Positions 10,264-23,078 of a stretch of DNA of 64,000 nucleotides are shown piece after piece. The stretch comes from Candidatus Nomurabacteria bacterium RIFCSPLOWO2_01_FULL_41_18 (lineage in GTDB: Bacteria > Patescibacteriota > Minisyncoccia > Phycocordibacterales > UBA9973), in assembly GCA_001785865.1 (NCBI GenBank), contig MFUZ01000006.1, positions 176,880 through 240,879 of the forward strand, given 5' to 3'. Position 1 is the first letter of the stretch, and every line of letters starts with the position of its first letter. The notes under the pieces were generated by a model that was not told the origin of the DNA, ran no database searches, and saw only the letters and a list, made by a program, of their open reading frames with translations. Made by a program: the position numbers and the translations under genes.

Positions 10264-10446
10264 ATGCTAAGTTGGTTCTTTCCCGCCGAGGGAGAGGGAT
10301 CCGTCCCTCAACACATTGAGTTGTTTGAACGCAAAGTTGTGGAGCATGATTTGGATATTGGAAAACCAGCGGTTCTCGAGGTGTTGAATTCTCATCACGA
10401 CAATCGCCCAGCCCAACGCATTCCCCACGATCTCGAAAGCAAATAA
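10264..10446 (+). CDS. Small orphan ORF in a cassette
   Basis: Leader TCAACCGAAAGGAAATT-ATG; terminator GGACGCA...TGCGTCC followed by a T-run (10463-10498). Confidence 0.45.
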   Translation: MLSWFFPAEGEGSVPQHIELFERKVVEHDLDIGKPAVLEVLNSHHDNRPAQRIPHDLESK

Positions 10447-10501
10447 GATCATCTCAATCAATGGACGCACGGAGAACCCGATGCGTCCGCCCTTTTTTAA
10501 G

Positions 10502-10531
10502 TACGTAATGTATTACGTAATACATTACGTA
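10502..10531. repeat. Perfect 30-bp palindrome overlapping the rsmI stop codon
   Basis: TACGTAATGTATTAC|GTAATACATTACGTA. Confidence 0.85.
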
Positions 10532-11214
10532 ACGATGACTGTAAATTCCCCTCTTTGTTTTTCGGGATTTTTATTAAGATATTCTAAAACTTCAGCAGGT
10601 GAGCCAGTTTTTAATTCTTCATAGATTTTTGTAAGTTCGCGCGCAATGCAGACTTTTTTAGTTGGGCAAAATTTTACAAGCGATTCTAGGGTTTTTAAAA
10701 TTCTGTGAGGGGATTCGTAAAATACCATAGTTCTCTCCGATTCAGCAATTTCTTTAAACAAAGTTTCTCTCCCCTTTTTGTGTGGTAAAAATCCAAGAAA
10801 AGTAAATTCATGCGTTGGCAATCCTGATGCAGAAAGTGCAGCAATGACTGCTGAAGGACCAGGAATCGGAATCACATCTACGCCATGGCTGAAATGCGTT
10901 TTGATCTTGTTTATAAGCATTGCCCCTGGGTCTGATATCCCCGGCGTACCCGCATCCGAAACCAACGCCAGATTTTTCCCCTGCTCTAATAATTCAAAAA
11001 TTTTATCTATCTTTTTAGCATGGCCTGCCCGGCTGTAATCGTCAGACGGGTAGCTCATAGTCGGCTTATTTATATTATATTTATCTAAAATCTTTTTAGT
11101 CTCCCGGGTGTCCTCGCACAATATCAAATCCACGCTTTTGAGCGTCTCTATCGCCCGGAGCGTAATGTCCCCCATATTTCCTATCGGGGTTGCGACGATG
11201 TAGAACTTTGCCAT
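10525..11214 (-). CDS. rsmI: 16S rRNA C1402 2'-O-methyltransferase
   Basis: YIVATPIGN..DIT.RA, LVSDAGTPGISDPG, FYESPHR, ARELTK. Confidence 0.95.
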   Translation of the reverse strand: MAKFYIVATPIGNMGDITLRAIETLKSVDLILCEDTRETKKILDKYNINKPTMSYPSDDYSRAGHAKKIDKIFELLEQGKNLALVSDAGTPGISDPGAMLINKIKTHFSHGVDVIPIPGPSAVIAALSASGLPTHEFTFLGFLPHKKGRETLFKEIAESERTMVFYESPHRILKTLESLVKFCPTKKVCIARELTKIYEELKTGSPAEVLEYLNKNPEKQRGEFTVIVT

Positions 11215-11624
11215 ATAGAATTTTTACCATTAAATGCAAAAATGAAAATAGCGGCCGCGACAATGAGTATATTCTTGATTATGTATTGCCCTTCCATTGT
11301 GGGCACCAAGAACCCTTGCCAGGCCACCTCGGGCAAGAGAAAAAGCGGCATAGTAATCATCGCGAGATGAGCTGCCAAAAGGAGCATTACAGGCTTGGTA
11401 AATTTTGGTACCAAAAATAATATACCGATCAGCATCTCAAAGATCCCAAAACAAATTATGAAAGTCTCGAAAGACATGAAAGGCATGGTTCTGCCGAGAA
11501 GTTCCGACACCAGCGGATTCGCCGGGCTCTCGTCGAAAACCTTCAGGATTCCGAACCAAAAATATACTAAAAAAATAGCGAAACGCGAGAAAGGTAGTGA
11601 TATTTTTTGAAAAAATCTTTCCAT
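11181..11624 (-). CDS. DoxX-like membrane protein
   Basis: Four hydrophobic segments, YFWFGILK, GQYIIKN; start moved to ATG 11624 to avoid overlap with atpC. Confidence 0.7.
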   Translation of the reverse strand: MERFFQKISLPFSRFAIFLVYFWFGILKVFDESPANPLVSELLGRTMPFMSFETFIICFGIFEMLIGILFLVPKFTKPVMLLLAAHLAMITMPLFLLPEVAWQGFLVPTMEGQYIIKNILIVAAAIFIFAFNGKNSIWQSSTSSQPR

Positions 11625-11625
11625 A

Positions 11626-12096
11626 TTACTTTCTATATTTTTTCGTCCTCCACTTGTCTGCAATCTTTACCCGTGTGAGCGAACGCTCGAGCTCGGCTTC
11701 AAAATGCTCAAAGTCCACTGCCCCTTTGTTTTCTATTTGCTTCTTCAATTCTTCCGAACGAGCTTTTGCTTGAGCAATTTTTTCGTCAGAAATTTCTTTT
11801 ATATGTTCAGCAAAATCTGCAAGTACAGCCACTTCTGTAACGCCTTCTCCCCCCCGCCCATCCAGGCGGGGCAAGCCAGTTTTAACTTCCACAAATCCGC
11901 CGACTACAGCCATCGGCACATATTCGCCATTCGTAACAGCGACAACATCTCCGGATTTTAAACCAACAACAAGCGGAACATGTTCCGGCAAAATAGTTAT
12001 CTCGCCTTCCGTAGTCGGCAAGGTAACTTGATCCACCATTTCTTCCAAAACAAGCCGTTCTGGGGTGACTATTTTTAGTTTTAATTGTTTTGACAT
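11626..12096 (-). CDS. atpC: ATP synthase epsilon subunit
   Basis: IVTPER, GEITILPEHVP, GGFVEV; extra segment TGLPRLDGRGG from palindrome 11849-11876. Confidence 0.93.
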   Translation of the reverse strand: MSKQLKLKIVTPERLVLEEMVDQVTLPTTEGEITILPEHVPLVVGLKSGDVVAVTNGEYVPMAVVGGFVEVKTGLPRLDGRGGEGVTEVAVLADFAEHIKEISDEKIAQAKARSEELKKQIENKGAVDFEHFEAELERSLTRVKIADKWRTKKYRK

Positions 12097-12118
12097 AATG
12101 TATATTTACTTAAAAAAC

Positions 12119-12252
12119 AAATAGTTCTTAAGAAAAGCCTTGCGCAAGAGCTTAGAAAATAAATGAGGTATTCCGAATATTATTTTCTTGAGCGATGAGC
12201 AGTTCGCTGGCAAAGCTTTGCCAGATAGATTGCTTTTCGAGAGAAGCTATTT
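12119..12252 (+). mobile_element. ~130-bp structured non-coding element (copy 2) between atpD and atpC
   Basis: Reverse complement of 8679-8810 with few differences. Confidence 0.75.
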
Positions 12253-12312
12253 ATTTTTTAAATTACAGTGCACCCTTCCCATTCTTCGCTAACGCTCATC
12301 AGGACTTCGGCG

Positions 12313-14420
<2,108 letters not shown>

Positions 14421-14460
14421 TTTATGTTATAATTTTAATCTTTCGATTTACTCAAGACTT

Positions 14461-15381
14461 TCAGCTTACAGACGCCATCCCGGCACTAATCTCTGATATT
14501 TCTCTGGTAATGTTCGACTGTCTGGCTTTGTTAAATACCAAAGTCAGATCATCTATCATTTCTCCCGAGGCATCACTCGCATTTTTCATCGCCACCATTC
14601 TGCTCGACTGTTCGGAAGCATTTGATTCTAGCATCATCTGATATATTTGCATTCTGGTCAATTTCTCTGCAAGAGAACCAATCAATTTTACCTTATCACC
14701 TTCTACTAAATAATTTATTGTTTTTTTCTGCAAAGACCCTATTTCCTCAGATTTAATATTTTCCAAAGATTCAATCATTTCTTTTAAATCTGTCCTACTC
14801 ACTGGCAAAATTTGTTTTATATTTGCTCGTTGCGTAAGGGCAGAAATAAAATCAGTATAAGCTACTAGCACTTTATCATATTTCAAAGCGCTGTATTCGT
14901 CTATGGCAAGTTTTGAAATAGGAATAATTTCAGACAAAGAAATGTTGTCATTTAATTCTGTAAAAGAGGCAATTACATTCACGCCGAGTCTGTGCATTGC
15001 CACATCCCCCTTTCTACCAATTGAAATTATGTCAAAGCCCGTCTTTGACATGCTAGATTTTAAGAGACTTAAAGTCTTTTTGATAACTTGCGCATTGTAA
15101 GCTCCACAAAGACCTCTGTTTGAAGTAATGAGAATCAATAAAACTTTACCTGCAGAAGTTTTTTTATCGCGTTCATCAAAAAGTGGATGCGAAATATCTT
15201 GAATACTTTGCGCAATTGAAGTCAAAATTTCCCAAGAATATTCTGCATACAAACGTGAAGCCAAAGTAGAAGCCACCGCACGCTTCATCTTAGAAGCAGC
15301 CACCAGCTCCATCGCTTTGGTGATCTTCTTAGTGCTTTTTACAGATTTTATTCTATTTTTTATTGCTTTACTGTTTGACAT
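14461..15381 (-). CDS. atpG: ATP synthase gamma subunit
   Basis: KITKAMELVAASK, RGLCGAYN, RMVAMKNA, RQSNITREI. Confidence 0.97.
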   Translation of the reverse strand: MSNSKAIKNRIKSVKSTKKITKAMELVAASKMKRAVASTLASRLYAEYSWEILTSIAQSIQDISHPLFDERDKKTSAGKVLLILITSNRGLCGAYNAQVIKKTLSLLKSSMSKTGFDIISIGRKGDVAMHRLGVNVIASFTELNDNISLSEIIPISKLAIDEYSALKYDKVLVAYTDFISALTQRANIKQILPVSRTDLKEMIESLENIKSEEIGSLQKKTINYLVEGDKVKLIGSLAEKLTRMQIYQMMLESNASEQSSRMVAMKNASDASGEMIDDLTLVFNKARQSNITREISEISAGMASVS

Positions 15382-15448
15382 ATAATTCTTTTAATTTCCC
15401 CGCCCGTACCGAACGGTACGTTCGGGCGGGTTTTGTTCCAGACATAAA

Positions 15449-16948
15449 TTATTTCACAAAACTTGTTTTAAAATCCGCAATCGCTTTTTTAAGTTGCTCT
15501 TCGCCTTTATCTGTCCACATTTTGCTTTCTTTTACTTCTTTATAGAAAGTTTTAGCATGAGTTTCGGTATAATCAATGAGTCCAGATTCAAATTCTTTTA
15601 TTTTCTCCACTGGCACATCATCCATAAATCCTTTTGTAAGAGCATAAAACGTCACCACTTGGTGTTCTGTTTTTACCGGCGCGTATTGAAGCTGTTTGAG
15701 CATTTCCACTGATCTCTTGCCTCTTTCGAGTTGTTTTTTAGTAGATTCATCAAGATCAGAGCCGAATTGAGAAAAAGCTTCGAGTTCTCGGAACTGTGCA
15801 AGGTCAAGTTTCAAAGTTCCTGCAACTTTTTTCATAGCTTTTATTTGTGCACTAGAACCCACACGGGACACAGAAGAGCCCACGTTGACAGCCGGACGAA
15901 TTCCTTTATAAAAAAGATCTGTTTCAAGGAAAATTTGTCCGTCAGTAATGGAAATAACGTTGGTCGGAATGTAAGCTGAAATATCTCCAGCTTGAGTTTC
16001 AATAATTGGAAATGCGGTAATAGACCCTCCGCCATATTTTGCATTTCGTCTGCACGCACGTTCCAAAAGACGAGAGTGTAAATAAAAAACGTCTCCCGGA
16101 TACGCTTCACGGCCTGGGGGGCGACGAAGAAGCAAAGAAATTTCACGATATGCCACAGCGTGCTTGGAAAGATCATCATAAATAATTAAAACATCTTTTC
16201 CTTGATCCATAAAATATTCTGCAATAGAAACTCCGGCATACGGCGCAATATAAGACATTGAAGCCGCTTCCGATGCTCCTGCAGAAACAATAACCGTGTA
16301 ATCCATAGCCCCACCAGCCTCAAGTCTAGCTCCCAATTTGCGAAGTTTTGAATCTTTTTGACCGATTGACACATACACACAAATCATGTTTTGTCCTTTT
16401 TGATTTAAAATAGCATCGATGGCAAGCGCAGTTTTTCCTGTCTGTCTGTCACCGATGATGAGCTCACGTTGGCCACGACCTACGGGGATAATTGCGTCTA
16501 TGGCTTTGATACCTGTAGCGACTGGTTCAGAAACGCTCTGTCTAGTGACGACGCCCGGAGCTACTTTTTCGATTGGGTAAGTCTTGCCAGCTTTTATAGC
16601 TCCCTTGCCGTCAATCGGCGCGCCGATAGCATTCACCACTCGACCCAAAATACTATCAGAAACTGGTATTTCCAGAATTCTACCAGTAGCTTTGACCTCA
16701 TCCCCTTCTTTTATTTTTGAAAAGTCACCGAGAATAATTACTCCCACTGCATCTTCTTCTAAGTTTAACGCAACACCCGTTTCACCCCCCGGAAAAGTCA
16801 CCATTTCAGAAGATTTAATATCAGACAATCCAGAAACTTTGGCAATACCATCGAAAACTTCCATAACTTGACCCACTTTTTCCACTTTTAATTGGAGTGA
16901 AAAATTATCTATTTCTTTTCTTAAGTTTTCTATAATGTTATTGCTCAT
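15449..16948 (-). CDS. atpA: ATP synthase alpha subunit
   Basis: [31 protein letters not shown]. Confidence 0.98.
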   Translation of the reverse strand: MSNNIIENLRKEIDNFSLQLKVEKVGQVMEVFDGIAKVSGLSDIKSSEMVTFPGGETGVALNLEEDAVGVIILGDFSKIKEGDEVKATGRILEIPVSDSILGRVVNAIGAPIDGKGAIKAGKTYPIEKVAPGVVTRQSVSEPVATGIKAIDAIIPVGRGQRELIIGDRQTGKTALAIDAILNQKGQNMICVYVSIGQKDSKLRKLGARLEAGGAMDYTVIVSAGASEAASMSYIAPYAGVSIAEYFMDQGKDVLIIYDDLSKHAVAYREISLLLRRPPGREAYPGDVFYLHSRLLERACRRNAKYGGGSITAFPIIETQAGDISAYIPTNVISITDGQIFLETDLFYKGIRPAVNVGSSVSRVGSSAQIKAMKKVAGTLKLDLAQFRELEAFSQFGSDLDESTKKQLERGKRSVEMLKQLQYAPVKTEHQVVTFYALTKGFMDDVPVEKIKEFESGLIDYTETHAKTFYKEVKESKMWTDKGEEQLKKAIADFKTSFVK

Positions 16949-17355
16949 ATGTTTCTTTCTAAATGCTCTTGTAATTTTCCAATTTTATTTTTTACACTCA
17001 AGTCTATCACTTCATTATTCACTTCCAGTTTTATTCCGCCTATCAATTTTTCATCCAACTTTTCTTCTAATATTACTTCTTTGGCGGAATATCTTTTTTT
17101 TAATGAGTGGGTTAAATCTTCTTTTATTTTATGGCTTAATTTTTCTACGCTTGATACTTTGGCTATTATTCTCCCCTCTTCTTTATTTATTATTTTTCTT
17201 AATTGTGAAAGTATTTCGGGAGCTTTTGATAAAAGTCTTTTCCGAAATAAGAAATTAACGACATTTTTCTGATACAGAGATAATTCATGACCATGCTTTT
17301 CTTTTGCTCCTGAATATATCGCGCGAGCTATGTCATTGTTTGATATAACTGTCAT
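16945..17355 (-). CDS. atpH: ATP synthase delta subunit (short form)
   Basis: [10 protein letters not shown]...IDLSVK; operon position. Confidence 0.88.
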   Translation of the reverse strand: MTVISNNDIARAIYSGAKEKHGHELSLYQKNVVNFLFRKRLLSKAPEILSQLRKIINKEEGRIIAKVSSVEKLSHKIKEDLTHSLKKRYSAKEVILEEKLDEKLIGGIKLEVNNEVIDLSVKNKIGKLQEHLERNI

Positions 17356-17813
17356 AAATTATTTAAATCCTTTTTACTGCTCATTAATTTCTCTGTGGCA
17401 AGCATTGATACACTCACAATTTCTTTGTTTGCTTCTTCTACAATTTTTGTTTTCTCAACCTGAAGACTTTTTTTACCGTTCTCTAAGATAGATGCAACCT
17501 CGATTTTTGCGTTTTCTATCATTTCGTTCTGCTTAGCTTGCACTTCCTTTTTCCCATCTTGAAAAATTTTGTTTGCTTCAATGCGGGCTTTGGCTAGGAT
17601 TTGTTCGGATTCTTTGCTTGTTTTTGCAAGAATTTCAGCATTTACTTTCGCATCATTCACTCCTTTGGAGATCAAATCTCCCCTGTCTTTCATAAGCTTG
17701 CGAAGCGGTTTTGCGGCAAGTAAATAAAACGCCAAAAACACAATCCCGAAGTTGAACAACTGGGCAATCATGAGCTTCCAATCTATGTGAAATGTTTCAA
17801 TAAACTCTTCCAT
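17352..17813 (-). CDS. atpF: ATP synthase b subunit
   Basis: IDWKLMIAQLFNF TM segment, KPL, coiled coil. Confidence 0.92.
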   Translation of the reverse strand: MEEFIETFHIDWKLMIAQLFNFGIVFLAFYLLAAKPLRKLMKDRGDLISKGVNDAKVNAEILAKTSKESEQILAKARIEANKIFQDGKKEVQAKQNEMIENAKIEVASILENGKKSLQVEKTKIVEEANKEIVSVSMLATEKLMSSKKDLNNL

Positions 17814-17819
17814 TCTTTT

Positions 17820-18128
<309 letters not shown>

Positions 18129-18148
18129 TTAATAATTTTTTACCAACT

Positions 18149-19060
18149 TTAAACACTTGCTAATTTTTCTTCATGACTTTCGTGCTCTTCATGCTCCCCG
18201 CCTGAATGATCTTCAGATCGGGCAGGCTCGTGATCCTGCGATGCTATGGTGAAGTAAACTGTAGCGAGCAAACTGAATATCAATGCCTGAATGAGCCCGA
18301 TGAACACCTCCAGAAACAAAAACGGAGTCGGCAGGATATAAAGAAAAATTGCCCCCATAGAGGCCAATAACACTTCTCCAGCAAATACATTGCCAAAAAG
18401 TCGGAAAGAAAGTGATGCCACCTTTGCCATTTCTCCGATAAGCTCCAAAATACCTACGAAAAATGTAATCGGGGCAACAATTATGACATTTTTATCCTTG
18501 CGGAATTTCGTCACTATTCCTCCGAGCGCTTTTATATTAACATATTTATTGAAAATTTTCCAAATTCCTATAGTTATGATTCCAAAAATATTTGAAGCGA
18601 TAACTATAGCAATACTCAAGGCCAAAGTAGTGTTTATATCAGCTGTGCCAGCTCGAAAGATGGGAATAAAAACAGAATGTCCGGCCTCATTGGCTAAAAA
18701 TCCGACAGAACCGACAATGGGCAAAAGCCCCAGCCAATTGTTTACTAAAATAAAAACAAAAAGCGATATGACGAGAGGGAAAATTTTAAGGGTTATTTTT
18801 CTGTCATTTGTAACTTGATCGCAAAGTGAAAGCGCACCTTCTAAAAGAATTTCAAAAATGTGCTGAACTTTTCCCGGTATTTGTTTTAGGTTCTTTCGAA
18901 GCACCAAGCAAAATACGATAATAACCAAAACTGCGAGCCAAGAATTAAGTAACGAGTTTGTAATTTGAAAACTTCCAACATGGAAAACCGGTTCCGCGTA
19001 AATAGTAGTTTCGTGGACTGGTTCTACTTCAATATTTTGTTCTAAATTATTTGTTGCCAT
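18149..19060 (-). CDS. atpB: ATP synthase a subunit
   Basis: NNWLGLLP, TADINTT, SLSFRLFGN, IQALIF. Confidence 0.95.
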   Translation of the reverse strand: MATNNLEQNIEVEPVHETTIYAEPVFHVGSFQITNSLLNSWLAVLVIIVFCLVLRKNLKQIPGKVQHIFEILLEGALSLCDQVTNDRKITLKIFPLVISLFVFILVNNWLGLLPIVGSVGFLANEAGHSVFIPIFRAGTADINTTLALSIAIVIASNIFGIITIGIWKIFNKYVNIKALGGIVTKFRKDKNVIIVAPITFFVGILELIGEMAKVASLSFRLFGNVFAGEVLLASMGAIFLYILPTPFLFLEVFIGLIQALIFSLLATVYFTIASQDHEPARSEDHSGGEHEEHESHEEKLASV

Positions 19061-19289
19061 TTGTTTTTTCTTCAGCCCGAGGCTGATCTGCCTCTGGCAG
19101 AAATTCTTTTTTATATCCCTTTACTTCCTTATAAATTCCGAAGCAAGTGATGCCGAAACCAATAATCAGAAAAATAAAGAACAAAGTCTGGCTTTCTGTA
19201 AAATTGCCCGCTATCAGACCTATAACCAAAGGCAATATAATCCACGAGGTCGTTTTAACATAAAAAACAATAACTGGTTGCCAGTTCAT
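19047..19289 (-). CDS. AtpZ/AtpI-like small membrane protein
   Basis: Two TM helices, first gene of the atp operon; start ATG 19289 just downstream of TATACT. Confidence 0.65.
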   Translation of the reverse strand: MNWQPVIVFYVKTTSWIILPLVIGLIAGNFTESQTLFFIFLIIGFGITCFGIYKEVKGYKKEFLPEADQPRAEEKTNGNK

Positions 19290-19454
19290 ATGCATACAGT
19301 ATAAGGGAAAAACCATCGGGATGCAAATAAAAACAAAAGCCCCAAGCACCTTGTTGTGATTGGAGCCGCGATGATATAAAAAGATCAAAAAGTGTTTTGA
19401 GTGAGGCCGTGTCCTCTCTCGGCTAGGTTTAGTGATTCACGGCACGAAAGTGGA

Positions 19455-19820
19455 TCAACCACCAGCCCCTGGATCACCATAATACTCTTTCGCTTCAGTA
19501 TCAAGAAGAGCCATCTCTGCTTGCTTTGGATCATTCTCGGGAACGACAGTCTCAGTGCTCAGATCTGGGATGGCGTCGATGTCAATGTGCATCCACTTCA
19601 AATATCCAGCTCTTGTTGCCTGATCAAAATTGCCGGTCTGGTTAACCAAGTAAAGACGCTGAAGTAACTTCACCGCTTCAATGGTCTTCGGACCATACAC
19701 TCCGTCAGGTACGATGTTGTAGCCAATTCCTTGAGCCTTCAACATCAATTGCAGAACCAAATTGGCGTGGCGGTCAGTTGATCCCTGATCAAGAGAAGGA
19801 AACGGGAATAGTTTTTTCAT
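19455..19820 (-). CDS. Peptidoglycan-binding domain protein (cassette gene)
   Basis: L..GS...LQ.ML...DGVYGPKTIEAVK.LQ...TG.FD..T matches PG_binding_1; promoter TTGACA-16-TATTGT upstream. Confidence 0.75.
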   Translation of the reverse strand: MKKLFPFPSLDQGSTDRHANLVLQLMLKAQGIGYNIVPDGVYGPKTIEAVKLLQRLYLVNQTGNFDQATRAGYLKWMHIDIDAIPDLSTETVVPENDPKQAEMALLDTEAKEYYGDPGAGG

Positions 19821-19896
19821 ATTAACGAGCTTTCTTTTTTGGACGCGTTTTGCGTCGCTTTATATTTACAATATGAGAAAAGGCGAATTTGTCAAG

Positions 19897-19968
19897 TGAG
19901 TGTGGAAGGAATCGGACCTTCGACCTCTGTCTTATCAGGACAGCGTTCTACCACTGAACTACACACTC
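19897..19968 (-). tRNA. tRNA-Ile(GAT)
   Basis: Cloverleaf GAGTGTG...CACACTC-A; anticodon arm CTGTC-CTGATAA-GACAG. Confidence 0.95.
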
Positions 19969-20077
19969 AATAGAAAAAACTATAACAAAATAAACAGATT
20001 TCAGCAAACAATAATTTATCAAACATCACTCTACTAATATGCTGTTACTATGTACTAGTACATGAATGCATTTGAAA

Positions 20078-20112
20078 AAATCAAAAAACCGCCGGGAGGC
20101 GGCTTCTTGATT
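20078..20112. terminator. Intrinsic terminator after the RRM gene
   Basis: AAATCAAAAAACCGCC-GGGA-GGCGGCTTCTTGATTT hairpin. Confidence 0.65.
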
Positions 20113-20130
20113 TTAAAATACAAATTTAAT

Positions 20131-20451
20131 TTAGTATTCTCTTCGTCCGCCTCCTCCCCCATAACCTCCTCGGTCATTGCCTCCACTTCGTGGTGGACGA
20201 GCTTCCATAGGGCGAGCTTCGTTGACAGTAAGTTTGCGTCCTTCGAATTCTTGATCGTTGAACATTGAAATAGCTTTACCAGCCTCATCTTGCGATGACA
20301 TTTCTACGAATCCAAAACCTTTTGAACGACCAGACATCTTGTCCATAATAATCACAGCGGATACTACTGATCCAGCTTGTGCGAAGAGCTCTTTGAGAGC
20401 ACCTTCTTGAGTGCTGTAAGGGAGTCCCCCTACATATAGCTTTGTAGCCAT
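20131..20451 (-). CDS. RRM RNA-binding protein with Gly-rich tail
   Basis: RNP2 LYVGGL, RNP1 KGFGFVEM, GRKLTVNEARP. Confidence 0.95.
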   Translation of the reverse strand: MATKLYVGGLPYSTQEGALKELFAQAGSVVSAVIIMDKMSGRSKGFGFVEMSSQDEAGKAISMFNDQEFEGRKLTVNEARPMEARPPRSGGNDRGGYGGGGGRREY

Positions 20452-20660
20452 AACTTATTTCTTCCTTTTTTAATAAAAAGGACAAAAAACTATTTATAAA
20501 CCCTCCCAAGGCGGGCGGGCGTAGAAAACTCTTTTTCGCTAAATGAGACCCTACAGGAAAAGCATACCATATCTGAAATGAAAAGCAATAATTGTGTATA
20601 AAAAGGAACAGGTCGCCTGATTTTATTCAAGCAACCCGGTCTTGCAATTCAAAAATCTAA

Positions 20661-21209
20661 TTAAAATTTGCGTTTCCAAACCACAAACAAGCTACGACTT
20701 TGTGTGGTTTGTCCAACCGACGACACAGGGTACTCATCCCTGTACTGAACCTCGATCCCTTTCAGCCACGATCTTTGCCGAAATGAAAAGATATCCAGTT
20801 TCTCCCTCTTGTCTGGGGTTCGGACAGAATTCATCCCTACCCCTTCCCACGCATTTTCCGGCGTTGCTTTTGATAGCATTTCTGCCGACTTTAGCGCTTG
20901 TGCTTCTTCGACGATGTCAGTTTTTGTGAGAAACAATTTCGCCGTCGAAGTCGCCGAAGCAACTGAAACTTTAGGTTTTGGCTGAACCGACGAGGTTTCG
21001 ACTTTCTTCTGCGGAAGCCTGGGTTCATAAAGCACCATTTGCAAGTCCTTCCAGGTTTTTTCATTCCTCATCTCCATCAAGTTCCATGAGGATTGATAGT
21101 CGTTGCTCGCCACAACCACGACTTTGTTTGTGCTCGCTTTCACAGTCACTACGCAAGCAACGAGACCAACCGCAACCAACACCAGCATCCGACTGAATGT
21201 AGTCTTCAT
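20661..21209 (-). CDS. Secreted orphan protein ending in a beta-strand with terminal Phe
   Basis: Signal peptide ending VKA; C-terminus LFVVWKRKF; A/C-rich leader; terminator at about 20607-20640. Confidence 0.65.
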   Translation of the reverse strand: MKTTFSRMLVLVAVGLVACVVTVKASTNKVVVVASNDYQSSWNLMEMRNEKTWKDLQMVLYEPRLPQKKVETSSVQPKPKVSVASATSTAKLFLTKTDIVEEAQALKSAEMLSKATPENAWEGVGMNSVRTPDKREKLDIFSFRQRSWLKGIEVQYRDEYPVSSVGQTTQSRSLFVVWKRKF

Positions 21210-21340
21210 AGTTTTTTCGGTTTAGGGGGTTTAGGTTTGGAACGTCTTGGATTGTCAAAAAGACCAATCTGAGGAATAGTCTAGCACTTTTATAAAAATT
21301 TGCATCTAAATTTTATTAAGAAAATTAATACAAAAAGTAA

Positions 21341-21365
21341 AGGCCGGTTGCTTTCGCAACCGGCC
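21341..21365 (-). terminator. Intrinsic terminator
   Basis: GGCCGGTTGC-TTTC-GCAACCGGCC with a T-run on the minus strand. Confidence 0.75.
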
Positions 21366-21430
21366 CGAATCATGATAGTCATTATTTTTGGTCTACACTA
21401 GACCATCTCGACTCAAGGTCGAGCACGAGG

Positions 21431-22618
21431 TCACTTTTCCTCAATGATGACTGGCGTAACTGCGCCACTGCCACCACGATACGAATTATATGGAGACTCA
21501 AAGGTCGAGTCTTGGAAATTCCACCAAATCGGGATCACGTGGTATCGCCCGATTGAGAAGTCCAACTCGAGATCCTCGTTCCAATTTATCGGAAACTCAC
21601 CGGAATCGCCTGTTGCGACGTTAACGATGATCACTTTTTGAGCTGTCTCGCCTTCTGAAGTGCGAACCACCAAACGAACACCGCTGACATTAGAGGTGTA
21701 AGTGACTTCCGTCAGGATGTCACTACCTCGCCTGTACTCGGCCTCGGGTCGTATGACGATTGTGTTCACATTGGTCAGGACTTGTGTCCCTTCAATGGTC
21801 GGACGTACGTTCGCATGCACTTCTCCGACTTTGCTTGCTGAACCAGATGGAACATCAAACGCAATTTGATTCCAATTGCTGTCAATGGCAACAATCACCG
21901 ATCTGCTACCGATAACATTCCTTGGAATGAGAAATCCTCCATTGCTGTCGGGAGAAAGCCAGATAGGCTCTCCACCGTCTTCAGGAAAGATTTGTAAATA
22001 GCGAGCGCCGGGAACAGTGACACGAATGTTCTTTGCAATTGTCACTTCAGGATCTTTCCCATACAGAGACCACCGCATTACCCCATTCGTCGGCTGTGGA
22101 TAGTCCTGATACGTGTACTTCTCCGAACTGCCCTCGAAAAGAGCAACCCAGTTTGTATCGAGATATTTCACAGTGACAGTGACCCGCCCACTTGTGGCGA
22201 TTGGAAACGAAACCTCGACGCTTGCAACGGTGTCACTCATCTCGTCGATCGAGGGCGAAAGACTCGAATAACTCCAACCCCAGCTGTAGCCACCGGAGGC
22301 GACCATGACCGGAGATCGGAATTCAAGATCCAAGTTGCTGACTCTCCTCAGCGCCCACGACATAAACGCAGGCTTCGACTGAAACATCCACAGATTGGAT
22401 GCCACGGTTTCAACCGTGAGAATCTGGTTGGACGCCGGCACCGACACCACGTTGGTTGGCAACGTAATTGGGGTCGGCATGTTCCCAAAGCAGGACTGAC
22501 CAGTGGTTACAGAGAACCCGTTGGTCCGATCACCGCAGCCAGGAATTGTTTCGGCGTTGATAGTGAATACCGCGACCGTCATCCCAATGACGGCAACTAA
22601 CGTTTTGATTGCTTTCAT
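21431..22618 (-). CDS. Secreted beta-rich orphan protein
   Basis: Signal peptide ending INA, small Cys motif GCGDRTNGFSVTTGQSC, Val/Thr/Ser rich; higher GC than core genes. Confidence 0.75.
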   Translation of the reverse strand: MKAIKTLVAVIGMTVAVFTINAETIPGCGDRTNGFSVTTGQSCFGNMPTPITLPTNVVSVPASNQILTVETVASNLWMFQSKPAFMSWALRRVSNLDLEFRSPVMVASGGYSWGWSYSSLSPSIDEMSDTVASVEVSFPIATSGRVTVTVKYLDTNWVALFEGSSEKYTYQDYPQPTNGVMRWSLYGKDPEVTIAKNIRVTVPGARYLQIFPEDGGEPIWLSPDSNGGFLIPRNVIGSRSVIVAIDSNWNQIAFDVPSGSASKVGEVHANVRPTIEGTQVLTNVNTIVIRPEAEYRRGSDILTEVTYTSNVSGVRLVVRTSEGETAQKVIIVNVATGDSGEFPINWNEDLELDFSIGRYHVIPIWWNFQDSTFESPYNSYRGGSGAVTPVIIEEK

Positions 22619-22678
22619 TTATTTCAGTTCTTGGTTGTATTTCTTTGTTGTTCTTATTTACGGTTTTTTGTCTTGAGT

Positions 22679-22960
22679 TTACTTGTCGCTAAACGTCGGA
22701 CGAGTCCGCGTGTTCACGACGTTTGTTGAGTTGACTGCCACCACCACTGGACCCGTTCCACCCACCGGTGCAAGTTCCTTTTTCAGAAACTCCTCCAGCA
22801 CTGGTGAAGGTGCCACGGAAACTGACACAACCTCCTGTTTTGGTTCAGGCACCGGCGCAGTTTCAGCAACCGGCGAAACCGGCCCCAGGCACGTTGTGTA
22901 CCAGACTCCAACTCCACACAGGGCAGTTAGAATTATCCAGACTTTAGTCGATTTATTCAT
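22679..22960 (-). CDS. Small membrane-anchored Pro/Val-rich protein
   Basis: GGAGG SD 5 nt before ATG 22960 (MNKSTKVWII); N-terminal TM segment. Confidence 0.65.
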   Translation of the reverse strand: MNKSTKVWIILTALCGVGVWYTTCLGPVSPVAETAPVPEPKQEVVSVSVAPSPVLEEFLKKELAPVGGTGPVVVAVNSTNVVNTRTRPTFSDK

Positions 22961-23078
22961 AATTTCCTCCGTTCGGTTCCAACAGTCCTCACAGACACAA
23001 AAACACACTCCTTGATCGCCAAGCGAAAAGAAGTTGTCTTTATCGAGCCCTAAAGTCAAGGGCAAAATACCCTTCATT

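Noticed and set aside
19320-23070. Prophage or integrative element at tRNA-Ile
   Set aside because: No integrase, no duplicated tRNA end and no phage genes; cassettes alternate with core genes.
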